NCBI RefSeq assembly: GCF_003945235.1
Contig: NZ_RSDW01000001.1
Span: 2,010,001-2,042,000, forward strand
DNA: 32,000 nucleotides
Reading direction: 5' to 3'
Source of the DNA: Edaphobacter aggregans
Lineage (GTDB): Bacteria > Acidobacteriota > Terriglobia > Terriglobales > Acidobacteriaceae
Part shown: positions 8,904-16,811 of the stretch, piece by piece
How positions within the stretch are numbered: position 1 is the stretch's first letter
How the letters are laid out: each line of letters begins with the position of its first letter
Made by a program: the position numbers and the translations under genes
The notes under the pieces: model-generated
The model's input: the letters and a program-made list of their open reading frames with translations, nothing else
Told to the model about the DNA's origin: nothing
Database searches by the model: none

Positions 8904-9222
8904 GGACTAGCAAAACGAAGTGGTTTCCGGATCGCAATAGGTTGCGCGCTATTTCCTGTTTTTTGGCCCTGTTTACTTTGGCGTTAGTAGTGGATTTACT
9001 AATATTCGCCGTGGTTCAGAGGGGGTGTGGGGTTCAAGTAAGGGTTTCAGGATTTGCTAGTAAGTCACTGGTAGTGAACCTGAGCAGGTACCGGAATCCA
9101 CTTGCAGCGAAGAATAGGGATTGACCAAGTGCTTGCGTCTGTTTACTTTGTGGCTAATGGCTGACATGCAAACACTTCCGATTGAAATGGAGGGAGAGCC
9201 CACAGAGGCTCTCTCAATCTCG

Positions 9223-9570
9223 ATGAACATCGGCACCACGATCCGCGGCTACCGGTTGCAGAAGGGGATGTCGCAGGGCGATATCGAAAAGCGCACTGGA
9301 CTGCTGCGGTGCTATCTGTCGCGGGTGGAGAACGGGCACACGGTGCCGTCGCTGGAGACGCTGCAGAAGATTGCGCGGGCGCTGGATCTGCAGCTCTCGG
9401 AGTTTTTTGCGGAAGAGGTGGTGGCCAAAGAGATGTCGCCGCTGAACCTGGGCGAGGACGAGATTCGGTTTTTGACGCAGGTGCAGCGGTATTCGGCGCA
9501 CCTGAGCGAGAGTGACAGGCGACTGCTGTTGGCCATGGTCAGGAAGTTTGCTCAGACGACCATGAGCTAA
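9223..9570 (+). CDS. XRE-family helix-turn-helix transcriptional regulator
   Basis: HTH_3-type N-terminus IGTTIRGYRLQKGMSQGDIEKRTGLLRCYLSRVENGHTVPSLETLQKIARAL. The start is uncertain: the ORF opens at a TTG at 9121, with in-frame ATGs at 9166, 9187 and 9223. Confidence 0.8.
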   Translation: MNIGTTIRGYRLQKGMSQGDIEKRTGLLRCYLSRVENGHTVPSLETLQKIARALDLQLSEFFAEEVVAKEMSPLNLGEDEIRFLTQVQRYSAHLSESDRRLLLAMVRKFAQTTMS

Positions 9571-9593
9571 CGGCTAAAGGCTTAGAGGACGAA

Positions 9594-9625
9594 GAAGGGG
9601 GCCCTCGGTGGCCCCTTTCGCTTTG
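9594..9625. terminator. Intrinsic terminator between the convergent XRE and cupin genes
   Basis: gaaGGGGCC-ctcggt-GGCCCCtttcgcttt hairpin with a T-rich tail. Confidence 0.55.
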
Positions 9626-9641
9626 GCGCAATAGCCGCGCA

Positions 9642-10178
9642 TCAGGATGGTGGAACGTCCTGAATGGAGATGAGGAGCAGCGTAACGCTGGCGGTGGTGC
9701 TGCGCTTGTGCGCCATGCCGCGGGGGATGACGAGCATGTCCCCCTTGTTGAGGGTGACGGATTTGGCGCCTTCGGAGCCGGGGGCTAGCCACTCGCCGGG
9801 GCCGGTGCTGCGCGGGTTTTGGGGGGTTCCGCCGAGTTGATACTGTGTGGTGCCATCGATGATCTGAAAGATGTGGTCGCGGTGCTCGTGGTACTCGAAC
9901 TCTTTCGCGCTCTTGTTGGTTTCGACTGTGAGGACCGAGGTGAACGGGGTGGTCTTTGAGCCGGATAGCTGGTGATTGCCGGGTGCCGCTTGGAGGCTCT
10001 TTATGTAGCCCTGAAGGGTGTCGGCAGTGAAGAGCTGGAACTGGCCGGCAGCTGGGGCGTCGGTGGCCTGCGTTGCACCGGTGGAGGCAAAGAGCGTGTG
10101 CTCGGAGAGGGACAGGGTGGCTGCGGCCGCCAGAGGCGCGGTCAGAAAAAAGTCACGGCGAGTTTGATTTTTGGCCAT
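9642..10178 (-). CDS. Tat-exported cupin-domain protein
   Basis: Twin-arginine signal MAKNQTRRDFFLTAPLAAAATLSL. The C-terminal cupin beta-barrel has HEHRDHIFQI and GDMLVIPRGMAH. A GTG alternative start lies at 10193. Confidence 0.75.
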   Translation of the reverse strand: MAKNQTRRDFFLTAPLAAAATLSLSEHTLFASTGATQATDAPAAGQFQLFTADTLQGYIKSLQAAPGNHQLSGSKTTPFTSVLTVETNKSAKEFEYHEHRDHIFQIIDGTTQYQLGGTPQNPRSTGPGEWLAPGSEGAKSVTLNKGDMLVIPRGMAHKRSTTASVTLLLISIQDVPPS

Positions 10179-10236
10179 GCGAAAGTGAACCACACTTAGC
10201 TGGCGAAAGTGAAGTGATGGCTATGAAAAACAGCTG

Positions 10237-11064
10237 CTAGTGGAGGTTAGCGACCCAGTAGCCGAAGAGGGCGAGGAAGAAGGCTGCTCCGGTAAAGGTG
10301 ATCTTCTGGCGCTGGAGATAGCGCGTGCGGCCGCTAGTCATGCGGGGAACGAGAGGGACGCCAAGGCCGAGGCCGAAGAGGAAGCCTCCGAGATGGGCTG
10401 AGTTGTCGATCCGGATACCGACAGGCACGATGGCCGTGCTGAGGCCGATGATCAGGTTGAGCGCGGCGAACTGGATGACGGAGCGGCGGAGTCGTTTGAG
10501 CTCGTAGACGGGGATCGGCAGCTTGTGGTTCGAGAGCAGAACGATGAGGATGCCGGCGATGCCGAAGACGGCTCCTGAGGCCCCGGCGCCGACTGAGATG
10601 TAGTCCCTCATGACGACGTTCCAGCCGAGGCTGAGGAGGTTGCCGGCGATGCCTGTGAGCATGTAGACAGCGACCAGACCGAGTGGGCCGAGGAGCGGTT
10701 CGCCCAGCAGGCCGAGGTTCCAGAGGCACCACATGTTGGTGGCGAGGTGGATGAGTCCGACGTGAACGAAGGTGGCGGTGAGCAGGCGGTACCACTGGCC
10801 GTGTATGACGAGGGCAGGAACGTTGGCTCCGAAGTGGATGAGTTGCTCGGGTGTGGGCGAGGTGGGGGAGACATTGTGGAAGATCATCCACAGGAAGACG
10901 GCGCAGTTGATGGCGAGCAGAAAGTAGGTACCGGGCGCGCTGAGGACGTTGCGGCCACGGGTGCGGACGGGCGCTGTCTCCTGAGCGTAGTCGGGCATGG
11001 GACGCGCGGAGGCGTCGTTGTAGGGTGGGATGAGCTCGCCTTCAGGCTGGGAGGAGGGTGTCAT
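10237..11064 (-). CDS. Rhomboid family intramembrane serine protease
   Basis: WYRLLTATFVHVGLIHLATNM, catalytic GASGAVFG (GxSG) and AHLGGF His motif, within a six-TM core. Confidence 0.9.
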   Translation of the reverse strand: MTPSSQPEGELIPPYNDASARPMPDYAQETAPVRTRGRNVLSAPGTYFLLAINCAVFLWMIFHNVSPTSPTPEQLIHFGANVPALVIHGQWYRLLTATFVHVGLIHLATNMWCLWNLGLLGEPLLGPLGLVAVYMLTGIAGNLLSLGWNVVMRDYISVGAGASGAVFGIAGILIVLLSNHKLPIPVYELKRLRRSVIQFAALNLIIGLSTAIVPVGIRIDNSAHLGGFLFGLGLGVPLVPRMTSGRTRYLQRQKITFTGAAFFLALFGYWVANLH

Positions 11065-11143
11065 TGGATGCTTCTTCTACGCTATCGCAAAATCGGGATT
11101 GAGGTGTAGGAACCAAGGTTACGACCACGGATGTGCGCGGATT

Positions 11144-11176
11144 AAAAACGGAGGCTCAGAGTTTTGTCTCTGAGCC
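11144..11176 (-). terminator. Intrinsic terminator downstream of the 11203..11709 gene
   Basis: The minus strand reads GGCTCAGAG-acaaaa-CTCTGAGCC followed by tccgttttt. Confidence 0.65.
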
Positions 11177-11202
11177 TTCGCTTATTGCACATGGAAACTG
11201 GG

Positions 11203-11709
11203 TCAGGCGGCTTTGGTGAAGCGCTCGCGCAGCTCAGCAGGGATTCGTTGCTGCACCATGTCGCCGAGGAAGCCGGGGAGCGGCGTTGCAATGGCAACGA
11301 AGACCCAGAGAAGTGCGGACATGACCAGACCGGTGACGGCTACGGCCTCAAGGGAAAGGGTGACGACGTGCGTCTGATTGAGATGAACCTGCAGGCGGGC
11401 GATGTGGGTGATCAGCTCGACGCGGCGGATGACGACAGCGGCCAGCAGAAAGGCCACGATGGAGAGCGTGCTGACGCTGATGAGCAGGACATCGATCGCA
11501 CGGGAGACGTGTTGCCGCCGACGGCAATGGGCGCACTCGGACAGGTGCTGCTCGTAGTCCGTGCGCATGGCCGGGGAGAGGCCCGAGATGTCATAACGCC
11601 AGCCGGAGAGGATGTCGCCAACGACCTGATCGGTGCAGGTGGTTGAGCTCATGCGGCGGTCGGCGGGAAAGGCTAACGCTGCTCTTTTCATTGTTCTATG
11701 AGACTTCAT
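11203..11709 (-). CDS. Hypothetical membrane protein with an N-terminal zf-HC2/ZAS-like motif (putative orphan anti-sigma factor)
   Basis: HLSECAHC (H-x3-C-x2-C) at aa ~55-62, followed by three hydrophobic segments. A strong SD (AAGGAGG) lies 4-5 nt upstream of the ATG at 11709. Confidence 0.65.
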   Translation of the reverse strand: MKSHRTMKRAALAFPADRRMSSTTCTDQVVGDILSGWRYDISGLSPAMRTDYEQHLSECAHCRRRQHVSRAIDVLLISVSTLSIVAFLLAAVVIRRVELITHIARLQVHLNQTHVVTLSLEAVAVTGLVMSALLWVFVAIATPLPGFLGDMVQQRIPAELRERFTKAA

Positions 11710-11832
11710 TCTACCTCCTTTGATAGCCAGGGAAAGAGAAAAGATTCATAGGAACGTAACTTTCGTGAGGCCCGCGGTTACCGGATCTTTGAGGTAAATC
11801 ACTCGAAAATAAGGACCCCACAGCATAAGAAA

Positions 11833-12879
11833 TTAAAGGCATATTGGCTCGAGCGGAGTGGCCTGATCGGCCAGCAGAATCCGATTACCGAGCAGAGTCG
11901 GGTGATTGGCAAGGGCTTGTTCGGCGGCTAGACGGGCCAGCTCAGGAGCGTTGTTGGACTCGGAGAGATGGCCGAGGACGATCCAGGCTGCAGTACCGTC
12001 GTAGTCCTTCTGGAGAAACTCCGCGGTGGCGTGGTTCGAGAGGTGGCCGACGCGGGAGAGGACGCGCTGCTTGACGCTCCAAGGGTAGGGGCCGTCCTTG
12101 AGCATCTCGAGGTCGTGGTTGGACTCGAGCAGGAGGACGTCGATGCGCTTGAGAGCTGCCTTGACGTTGGGGGGCATGTACCCGAGGTCGGTGGCCAGGG
12201 CCATGCGGATGCCCTCGGACTCGAAGACGAAGCCGCAGGGGTCGGCGGCATCGTGCGGGATGGTGAAGGGAGTGATCGCGATATCGCCGATGCAGAAGTT
12301 GGCTCCGGCGTGAAAGTACTCGACGGCGGGGAGGTGGGTGGGATCGGCCTTTTGACGCGCGGCTTGCGGGGTTTCTGGGTCGCAGAGAGCTGCGTCGGGA
12401 TCTTCCGCGTCTTCGTCGACCGCAATGACGGCGGTGGGGTTCAAGGTAGCGTCGAGGGCGGCGGCTTCGGCGGAGATGTGCGCGATGGAGGCGGCTTCGA
12501 CAGCGGGATCGTGCGCAGGAGTACTTGCAACGCTCTGGGCACGGGCTTCTTTCTCACGCTGAACGTGATCGAGCCACTTGGCATAGCTCATGGTGGTGCG
12601 CGGGGTGAGCATGCGGACCCAGGCGCGGTGCGTGGGCTCCGTGAAGAAGACAGGGATGCGGAGGCGGCGGGCGAGAACGCCAAGCCCTGCAATGTGATCC
12701 TGGTGCTCGTGCGTGATCAGTATGGCGTCAAGGGTCGAAGGATCTTCTCCGGCTAGGGCCATGCGCCTGAGGAGCTCGCGGCAGGAGAGGCCAGCGTCGA
12801 CGAGGACTCGTGTGCGGGAGCTGGAGATGACGGTGCTGTTGCCCTTGGAACCCGAGGCGAGCACTGTCATGCGCATCAT
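11833..12879 (-). CDS. MBL-fold metallo-hydrolase (YycJ/WalJ-like) with a low-complexity insertion
   Basis: LASGSKGNS...VDAG...ITHEHQDH (HxHxDH) ...ESNHD...GHLS motifs, collinear with Bacillus YycJ except for an ~85-90 aa Ala/Asp/Pro-rich insert. Confidence 0.85.
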   Translation of the reverse strand: MMRMTVLASGSKGNSTVISSSRTRVLVDAGLSCRELLRRMALAGEDPSTLDAILITHEHQDHIAGLGVLARRLRIPVFFTEPTHRAWVRMLTPRTTMSYAKWLDHVQREKEARAQSVASTPAHDPAVEAASIAHISAEAAALDATLNPTAVIAVDEDAEDPDAALCDPETPQAARQKADPTHLPAVEYFHAGANFCIGDIAITPFTIPHDAADPCGFVFESEGIRMALATDLGYMPPNVKAALKRIDVLLLESNHDLEMLKDGPYPWSVKQRVLSRVGHLSNHATAEFLQKDYDGTAAWIVLGHLSESNNAPELARLAAEQALANHPTLLGNRILLADQATPLEPICL

Positions 12880-12934
12880 TTGCTTAGAATACGCCGTTTG
12901 GTTGTGAGTATTCGGGCAAGGTAACTAGTTTGGT

Positions 12935-13177
12935 TCAGGGTGTGGGAGGCAGGCGGACGGCCAGGATATCGGCGAGGAGCACGGAGTAGCCGGCGGCTCC
13001 CTTCTCGATGTAAGTGCCGCCTGGGCTGGGCTCGACTTCGAGGTAGAAGACGTCGGGGGTATCGCCTTCGTCGAAGACGACGAGTGGCTTGGCGAAGACG
13101 TGCTGGCCATGAACGATATCGAGGATGACGACCTCGTCGATGCGGGATTTGAGAAGAGCGAGGTCGTCGGCGGTCAT
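12935..13177 (-). CDS. Hypothetical small protein (80 aa)
   Basis: Its ATG overlaps the MaoC stop (ATGA at 13174..13177). The composition is unbiased and globular-looking, and I recognise no family. Confidence 0.55.
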   Translation of the reverse strand: MTADDLALLKSRIDEVVILDIVHGQHVFAKPLVVFDEGDTPDVFYLEVEPSPGGTYIEKGAAGYSVLLADILAVRLPPTP

Positions 13178-13632
13178 TTGACGGTAGATCGAACAGGGGC
13201 GAGGAAGTTGACGGTGCTTCGCATGACAACTTCGTTGTTCTGGTTGTAGGCGAGTGTGCGGGTGCGGACGACACCGTAGTCTTTGCGGGAGTTGGATAGG
13301 CGAACGCCGACGACCTCGATCTCGGTACGGATGGAATCGCCGGGTCGCACGGGCAGGGTCCAGCGCATCTCTTCGACGCCCGCGCCGATCATGCCTCCGG
13401 CCACGGGGACGGACTGCACACGGAGGCGCATGACGATAGCAGCCGTGAGCCAGCCCGATGCGGCAAGGCCCTTGAAGAAGGAGTTTTCGCCAGCGGCTTC
13501 GTCGAGATGGAAGGGTTGGGGGTCGTACTTCTTGCCGAACTCTTTGATCTCTTCGGCGGTGACTTTCGCGCTTCCGAGCGAATTCATCTTTTGGCCAACG
13601 TAGAAGTCTTCGAAGTACATCTCTTGCGGCAT
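13174..13632 (-). CDS. MaoC-family (R-specific enoyl-CoA hydratase-like, hot-dog fold) dehydratase
   Basis: 152 aa. FEDFYVGQK...YDPQPFHLDEAAGENSFFKGLAASGWLT is typical of the MaoC dehydratase N-terminal region. Confidence 0.8.
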   Translation of the reverse strand: MPQEMYFEDFYVGQKMNSLGSAKVTAEEIKEFGKKYDPQPFHLDEAAGENSFFKGLAASGWLTAAIVMRLRVQSVPVAGGMIGAGVEEMRWTLPVRPGDSIRTEIEVVGVRLSNSRKDYGVVRTRTLAYNQNNEVVMRSTVNFLAPVRSTVK

Positions 13633-13675
13633 GGTCTCTCCTGATGGGTAGTGTACCTGTGCTGAACGCGCGGAT

Positions 13676-14530
13676 TTAAGCGTAGCTGTAAAAGCCTCGA
13701 CCTGATTTGCGGCCCAGCCAGCCGGCGTCGACCATGCGGACGAGCAGCGGGCAGGGACGATACTTGGGATCGCCCGTGCCTTCGACCAGGACGCGCATGA
13801 TATCGAGGCAAACGTCGAGGCCGATGAAGTCTGCTAGAGTGAGCGGGCCCATGGGATGTGCCATGCCGAGTTGAAAGACCTGGTCGATGGCCTCGGGCGT
13901 AGCAACGCCTTCCATGACAGCGAAGATGGCCTCGTTGATCAGAGGCATCAGGACGCGGTTGGAGACGAAGCCCGCCGCGTCGTTGACCTCGACTGGAGTC
14001 TTGCCGAGTTGCTTCGCAAGGGACTGGACAGTATCGAAGGTGGATTGCGAAGTTTGCATGCCGCGAATGACTTCGACGAGTTGCATCACCGGTACAGGAT
14101 TGAAGAAGTGCATGCCGATGACCTGCGCAGGGCGACTGATCTGCGCGGCGAGTTTTGTGATCGAGATAGAGCTGGTGTTCGAAGCGAGAATGGCTTCGGG
14201 TGGAAGGATGCGGTCGAGGTCACCGAAGAGAGCGGACTTGATATCGAACTTTTCCGTCGCGGCCTCGATGGCAAAGTCACAGACCGCCAGCGCGTCACGG
14301 TCGAGCGTTGGGGCGATACGCTCGCGGGCTTCCTGGGCCTGCTGTGGCGTGATCTTTTCTTTGGCGACTTCGCGGGCGAGGTTCTTTTCAATCGCCGCCA
14401 GACCGCGATTCAGAAAGCCCTGCTCGACGTCGCAAAGCAAAACAAGAAAGCCGGAGCGGGCGCAGACATGGGCGATGCCGTTGCCCATGGTTCCGGCTCC
14501 GAGGACTGCGATGGTTTTGATCTCAGGCAT
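13676..14530 (-). CDS. hbd: 3-hydroxybutyryl-CoA / 3-hydroxyacyl-CoA dehydrogenase (NAD-binding)
   Basis: IAVLGAGTMGNGIAHV Rossmann motif, LASNTSSISIT, GMHFFNPVPVMQLVEV, and the C-terminal GRKSGRGFY. 284 aa, as for clostridial Hbd. Confidence 0.85.
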   Translation of the reverse strand: MPEIKTIAVLGAGTMGNGIAHVCARSGFLVLLCDVEQGFLNRGLAAIEKNLAREVAKEKITPQQAQEARERIAPTLDRDALAVCDFAIEAATEKFDIKSALFGDLDRILPPEAILASNTSSISITKLAAQISRPAQVIGMHFFNPVPVMQLVEVIRGMQTSQSTFDTVQSLAKQLGKTPVEVNDAAGFVSNRVLMPLINEAIFAVMEGVATPEAIDQVFQLGMAHPMGPLTLADFIGLDVCLDIMRVLVEGTGDPKYRPCPLLVRMVDAGWLGRKSGRGFYSYA

Positions 14531-14599
14531 AAGCGTGTTCGGTGCGACTCCGCAGTGTAGCAGTTGGCGTTGCTCTTCGCCCCGAGAAGGCGGAGGGAA

Positions 14600-15811
14600 T
14601 CAGTTTGAAATTGTTGAAACCTCCTGTGTTATGGGCTCGGCGGATTCGATCACTGATCCGAGCCTCCTTGGCCCATCTCCCCACCTAACGCGGAGCCATC
14701 GGTTGATCGGCTCGGAATAGACTCGCGCCACAAGTTCGCCCAAGAGGCCAGCGATGAGAATGACGATTACGAAAAGAACCGGCACGGCTTTCATCGGCTT
14801 GTTCGCTGCTACAAAAAGGGAAAAGAAGCCCAGCACCACGAAAATATGCGTCAGGTAAACCTCGTAGCTGCGTCTCCCCATCTGGAGGAACGGCGTCAGG
14901 ATTCGCGGAGCTTGCCACTGTGTCTGCGCGACGGCCGCGATGACCATACAAGCGCCTGCGGCGAGGATCGTCATATTCAATCCATTACGTCCGAGACCCC
15001 AGGTATAAGCACGGATCGAGAAACCGAGACTGAATACGAGAAGCGCGGTTCCCAGAATGCCAAGAGCCCAAAGAAACTTCGGCGTAAGATGTCGCCTCGC
15101 GACAAAGAGCGCGGTGAGGCAGCCGAGAGCGATCGCGTCCATCCCGCCGAGATAGGAGTATTCTCTCCAGACTGGATTGGGGTTGAATGCGCGCGAACGA
15201 GCGAAAGGACCCAGCACAACGAACATGAGGAGGGGGATCACGAGGAACCGACCACGACGGAAGAGGAAGCAGGCCAGCGGGAAGAACAGGTAGAACATCT
15301 CCTCGACAGAGAGCGACCACATTATGTCCCAACCCGCCGGAAGGTAGCCTCTCCGCGCCTCGAGCAGATTGATGTGAAAGGTGAACGCGGCAAGGAGAGC
15401 ACGCCCCAAGCCTCCGACTTTCTGGTTGACAACAAAATCTTTGATGTGCGCGAGGTGAAGAATGCTAAGGATTACAAGCAGCCCCAGCAACAATGGTGCG
15501 ATTCGAGCGAATCGGAGTTGGTAGAACTCGCGCACGTTGACACGCGAGAGCGAACCCCAGCGCCGAAGCGTCGTCGAAGTGATAAGAAACCCGGAGACGG
15601 CGAAGAATATCTGCACGCCGAATTGGCCGTTCCAGACGAGCGAAGACACCAGTTGCGGCGGAAGGCCTCGGGTATATGGAACCTTCGCAGAGAGCAGCCG
15701 CATATTAACGTGATTCATCAACACAAAAAAGATGGCGAGGCCGCGTAACAGATCCACTCCGTCGAGACGTGGCCAGCTAGGTGTCGGTCTTGTGAACTCC
15801 GTTGAGGTCAT
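14600..15811 (-). CDS. Acyltransferase family 3 membrane protein (second paralogue in the window)
   Basis: VDLLRGLAIFFVLMNH and WSLSVEEMFY motifs in a polytopic 403-aa ORF. Confidence 0.8.
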   Translation of the reverse strand: MTSTEFTRPTPSWPRLDGVDLLRGLAIFFVLMNHVNMRLLSAKVPYTRGLPPQLVSSLVWNGQFGVQIFFAVSGFLITSTTLRRWGSLSRVNVREFYQLRFARIAPLLLGLLVILSILHLAHIKDFVVNQKVGGLGRALLAAFTFHINLLEARRGYLPAGWDIMWSLSVEEMFYLFFPLACFLFRRGRFLVIPLLMFVVLGPFARSRAFNPNPVWREYSYLGGMDAIALGCLTALFVARRHLTPKFLWALGILGTALLVFSLGFSIRAYTWGLGRNGLNMTILAAGACMVIAAVAQTQWQAPRILTPFLQMGRRSYEVYLTHIFVVLGFFSLFVAANKPMKAVPVLFVIVILIAGLLGELVARVYSEPINRWLRVRWGDGPRRLGSVIESAEPITQEVSTISN

Positions 15812-15878
15812 GTCTCATTGTCCACAATCGCAATAGACGCGTTTGTAGATAGTTTTTGCGAAGCTGAGTCTGCGATGG

Positions 15879-16730
15879 CTACGCCGCGTTGAGAGCGACG
15901 AGTAGGACAGTGATGTTGTCGTTGCCGCCGTGGGCGTTGGCAGCGTTGACGAGCGCCTTGCAGGCAGCGTTGAGGCTGGCCTGAGTAGCGGCGGTAGGCA
16001 CGTCGGTGAGAATGGCGGCGATATCGTCGTCGGAGAGTTCGCGGGTGAGACCGTCGGAGGCGAGCAGGTAGAGGTCGCCGGATTGCGGACGGTGGCCGTG
16101 AATATCGGCGTCAACTGTGGCCTGGGACCCGATGGCACGGGTGATGAGATTCCGCATCGGAGACTGTGCGGCCTGGGCTGCGGTGATCTGACCGGCGCGG
16201 AGTTGCTCTTCGACCAGCGAGTGGTCGTCGGTGAGTTGCTCAAGGCGACCTCGGCGGCGCAGATAACAGCGGCTATCGCCAACGTTGGCGAGCCAGAGCG
16301 TTGGTGGATCGGAAGCGCGCGAGAAGAAATGGGTGGCCACATTGCGCATGGAACCGGAGTCCCCGCTACGGGAAGGGATAGGAGCGTGCAAGATCGCTAC
16401 TAGCGTCGTTCCCATGCCGGCAAGCTCCGGAGACTGGCGAGCCTGCTGGAAGACGGCCTGGTTGGCGGCCTGGATGGCGGTGTTGAGCCGGGTCTGCGGC
16501 CTCGGTGCCGGTGTTCCGTTGGGAGTGGGCGGCGCGAGATGGGCGAGGAAGGTGTCGACGGCAAGATGGCTGGCGACTTCGCCACCTGCGGCTCCGCCCA
16601 TGCCGTCACAGACGACAAAGGCCCCGGCGGCGGGTGAGGCGGCGCACGCGTCTTCGTTGCCGCGGCGAACCTGACCGCGGTGGGAGAGCATGGCGTAGAT
16701 GAGTTTGTTGGCAGCCACGATATTAAGCAC
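15879..16730 (-). CDS. PP2C-family Ser/Thr protein phosphatase (Stp/PrpC-like)
   Basis: SHRGQVRRGNEDA, VCDGMGGAAGGEVAS, LASDGL, GGNDNITVLLV motifs. GTG start at 16730, with an alternative ATG at 16691. Confidence 0.9.
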   Translation of the reverse strand: MLNIVAANKLIYAMLSHRGQVRRGNEDACAASPAAGAFVVCDGMGGAAGGEVASHLAVDTFLAHLAPPTPNGTPAPRPQTRLNTAIQAANQAVFQQARQSPELAGMGTTLVAILHAPIPSRSGDSGSMRNVATHFFSRASDPPTLWLANVGDSRCYLRRRGRLEQLTDDHSLVEEQLRAGQITAAQAAQSPMRNLITRAIGSQATVDADIHGHRPQSGDLYLLASDGLTRELSDDDIAAILTDVPTAATQASLNAACKALVNAANAHGGNDNITVLLVALNAA

Positions 16731-16811
16731 GAAAATCTAGTCCGCAGAAAACAATACACGCTACAGCGGCGAAGACCAAGGGTACGTTAGTGTTAGGTCT
16801 GAGGGCAACGG

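Noticed and set aside
9027-9045. GGGGTTCAAGTAAGGG, which resembles a tRNA T-arm/T-loop (GGTTCAAGT)
   Set aside because: The 3' side is not complementary to the 5' side, so no T-stem forms. No acceptor or anticodon stems can be drawn around it.
8942-9124. 60-aa ORF with a hydrophobic N-terminus (ISCFLALFTLALVVDLLIFAVV) upstream of the XRE gene, considered as a small membrane toxin or peptide
   Set aside because: It has a TTG start, no Shine-Dalgarno, and sits in AT-rich DNA where hydrophobic codons arise by chance. The candidate promoter lies inside the ORF. Translation cannot be excluded without ribosome profiling or conservation data.
8412-9570. GNAT acetyltransferase plus XRE regulator as a possible GNAT-toxin / antitoxin pair
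   Set aside because: The genes are ~320 bp apart, and terminator-like and promoter-like elements lie between them. The order and spacing do not fit the tightly coupled antitoxin-toxin operons of the TacAT/AtaRT type. The GNAT looks like an ordinary small-molecule acetyltransferase.
13887-15748. Long antisense ORFs (277 aa at 13887..14720, 300 aa at 14846..15748). Similar ones lie opposite recA (4775..5482), the MBL gene (11968..12756), the GT2 gene (21562..22356), rodA (30012..30785) and the sigma/Spy genes (1561..2238, 2809..3588).
   Set aside because: This is the typical shadow-ORF artefact of high-GC DNA. Each overlaps a gene with strong family motifs on the other strand, and the products are Arg/Pro/Gly-rich with no recognisable domains.
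268-15811. Two acyltransferase-3 genes (268..1461 and 14600..15811), considered as a recent duplication or repeat
   Set aside because: The two share only family-level motifs (LRG.A...V...H, WSL.VEE.FY) with no extended nucleotide identity. They are old paralogues, not a repeat.
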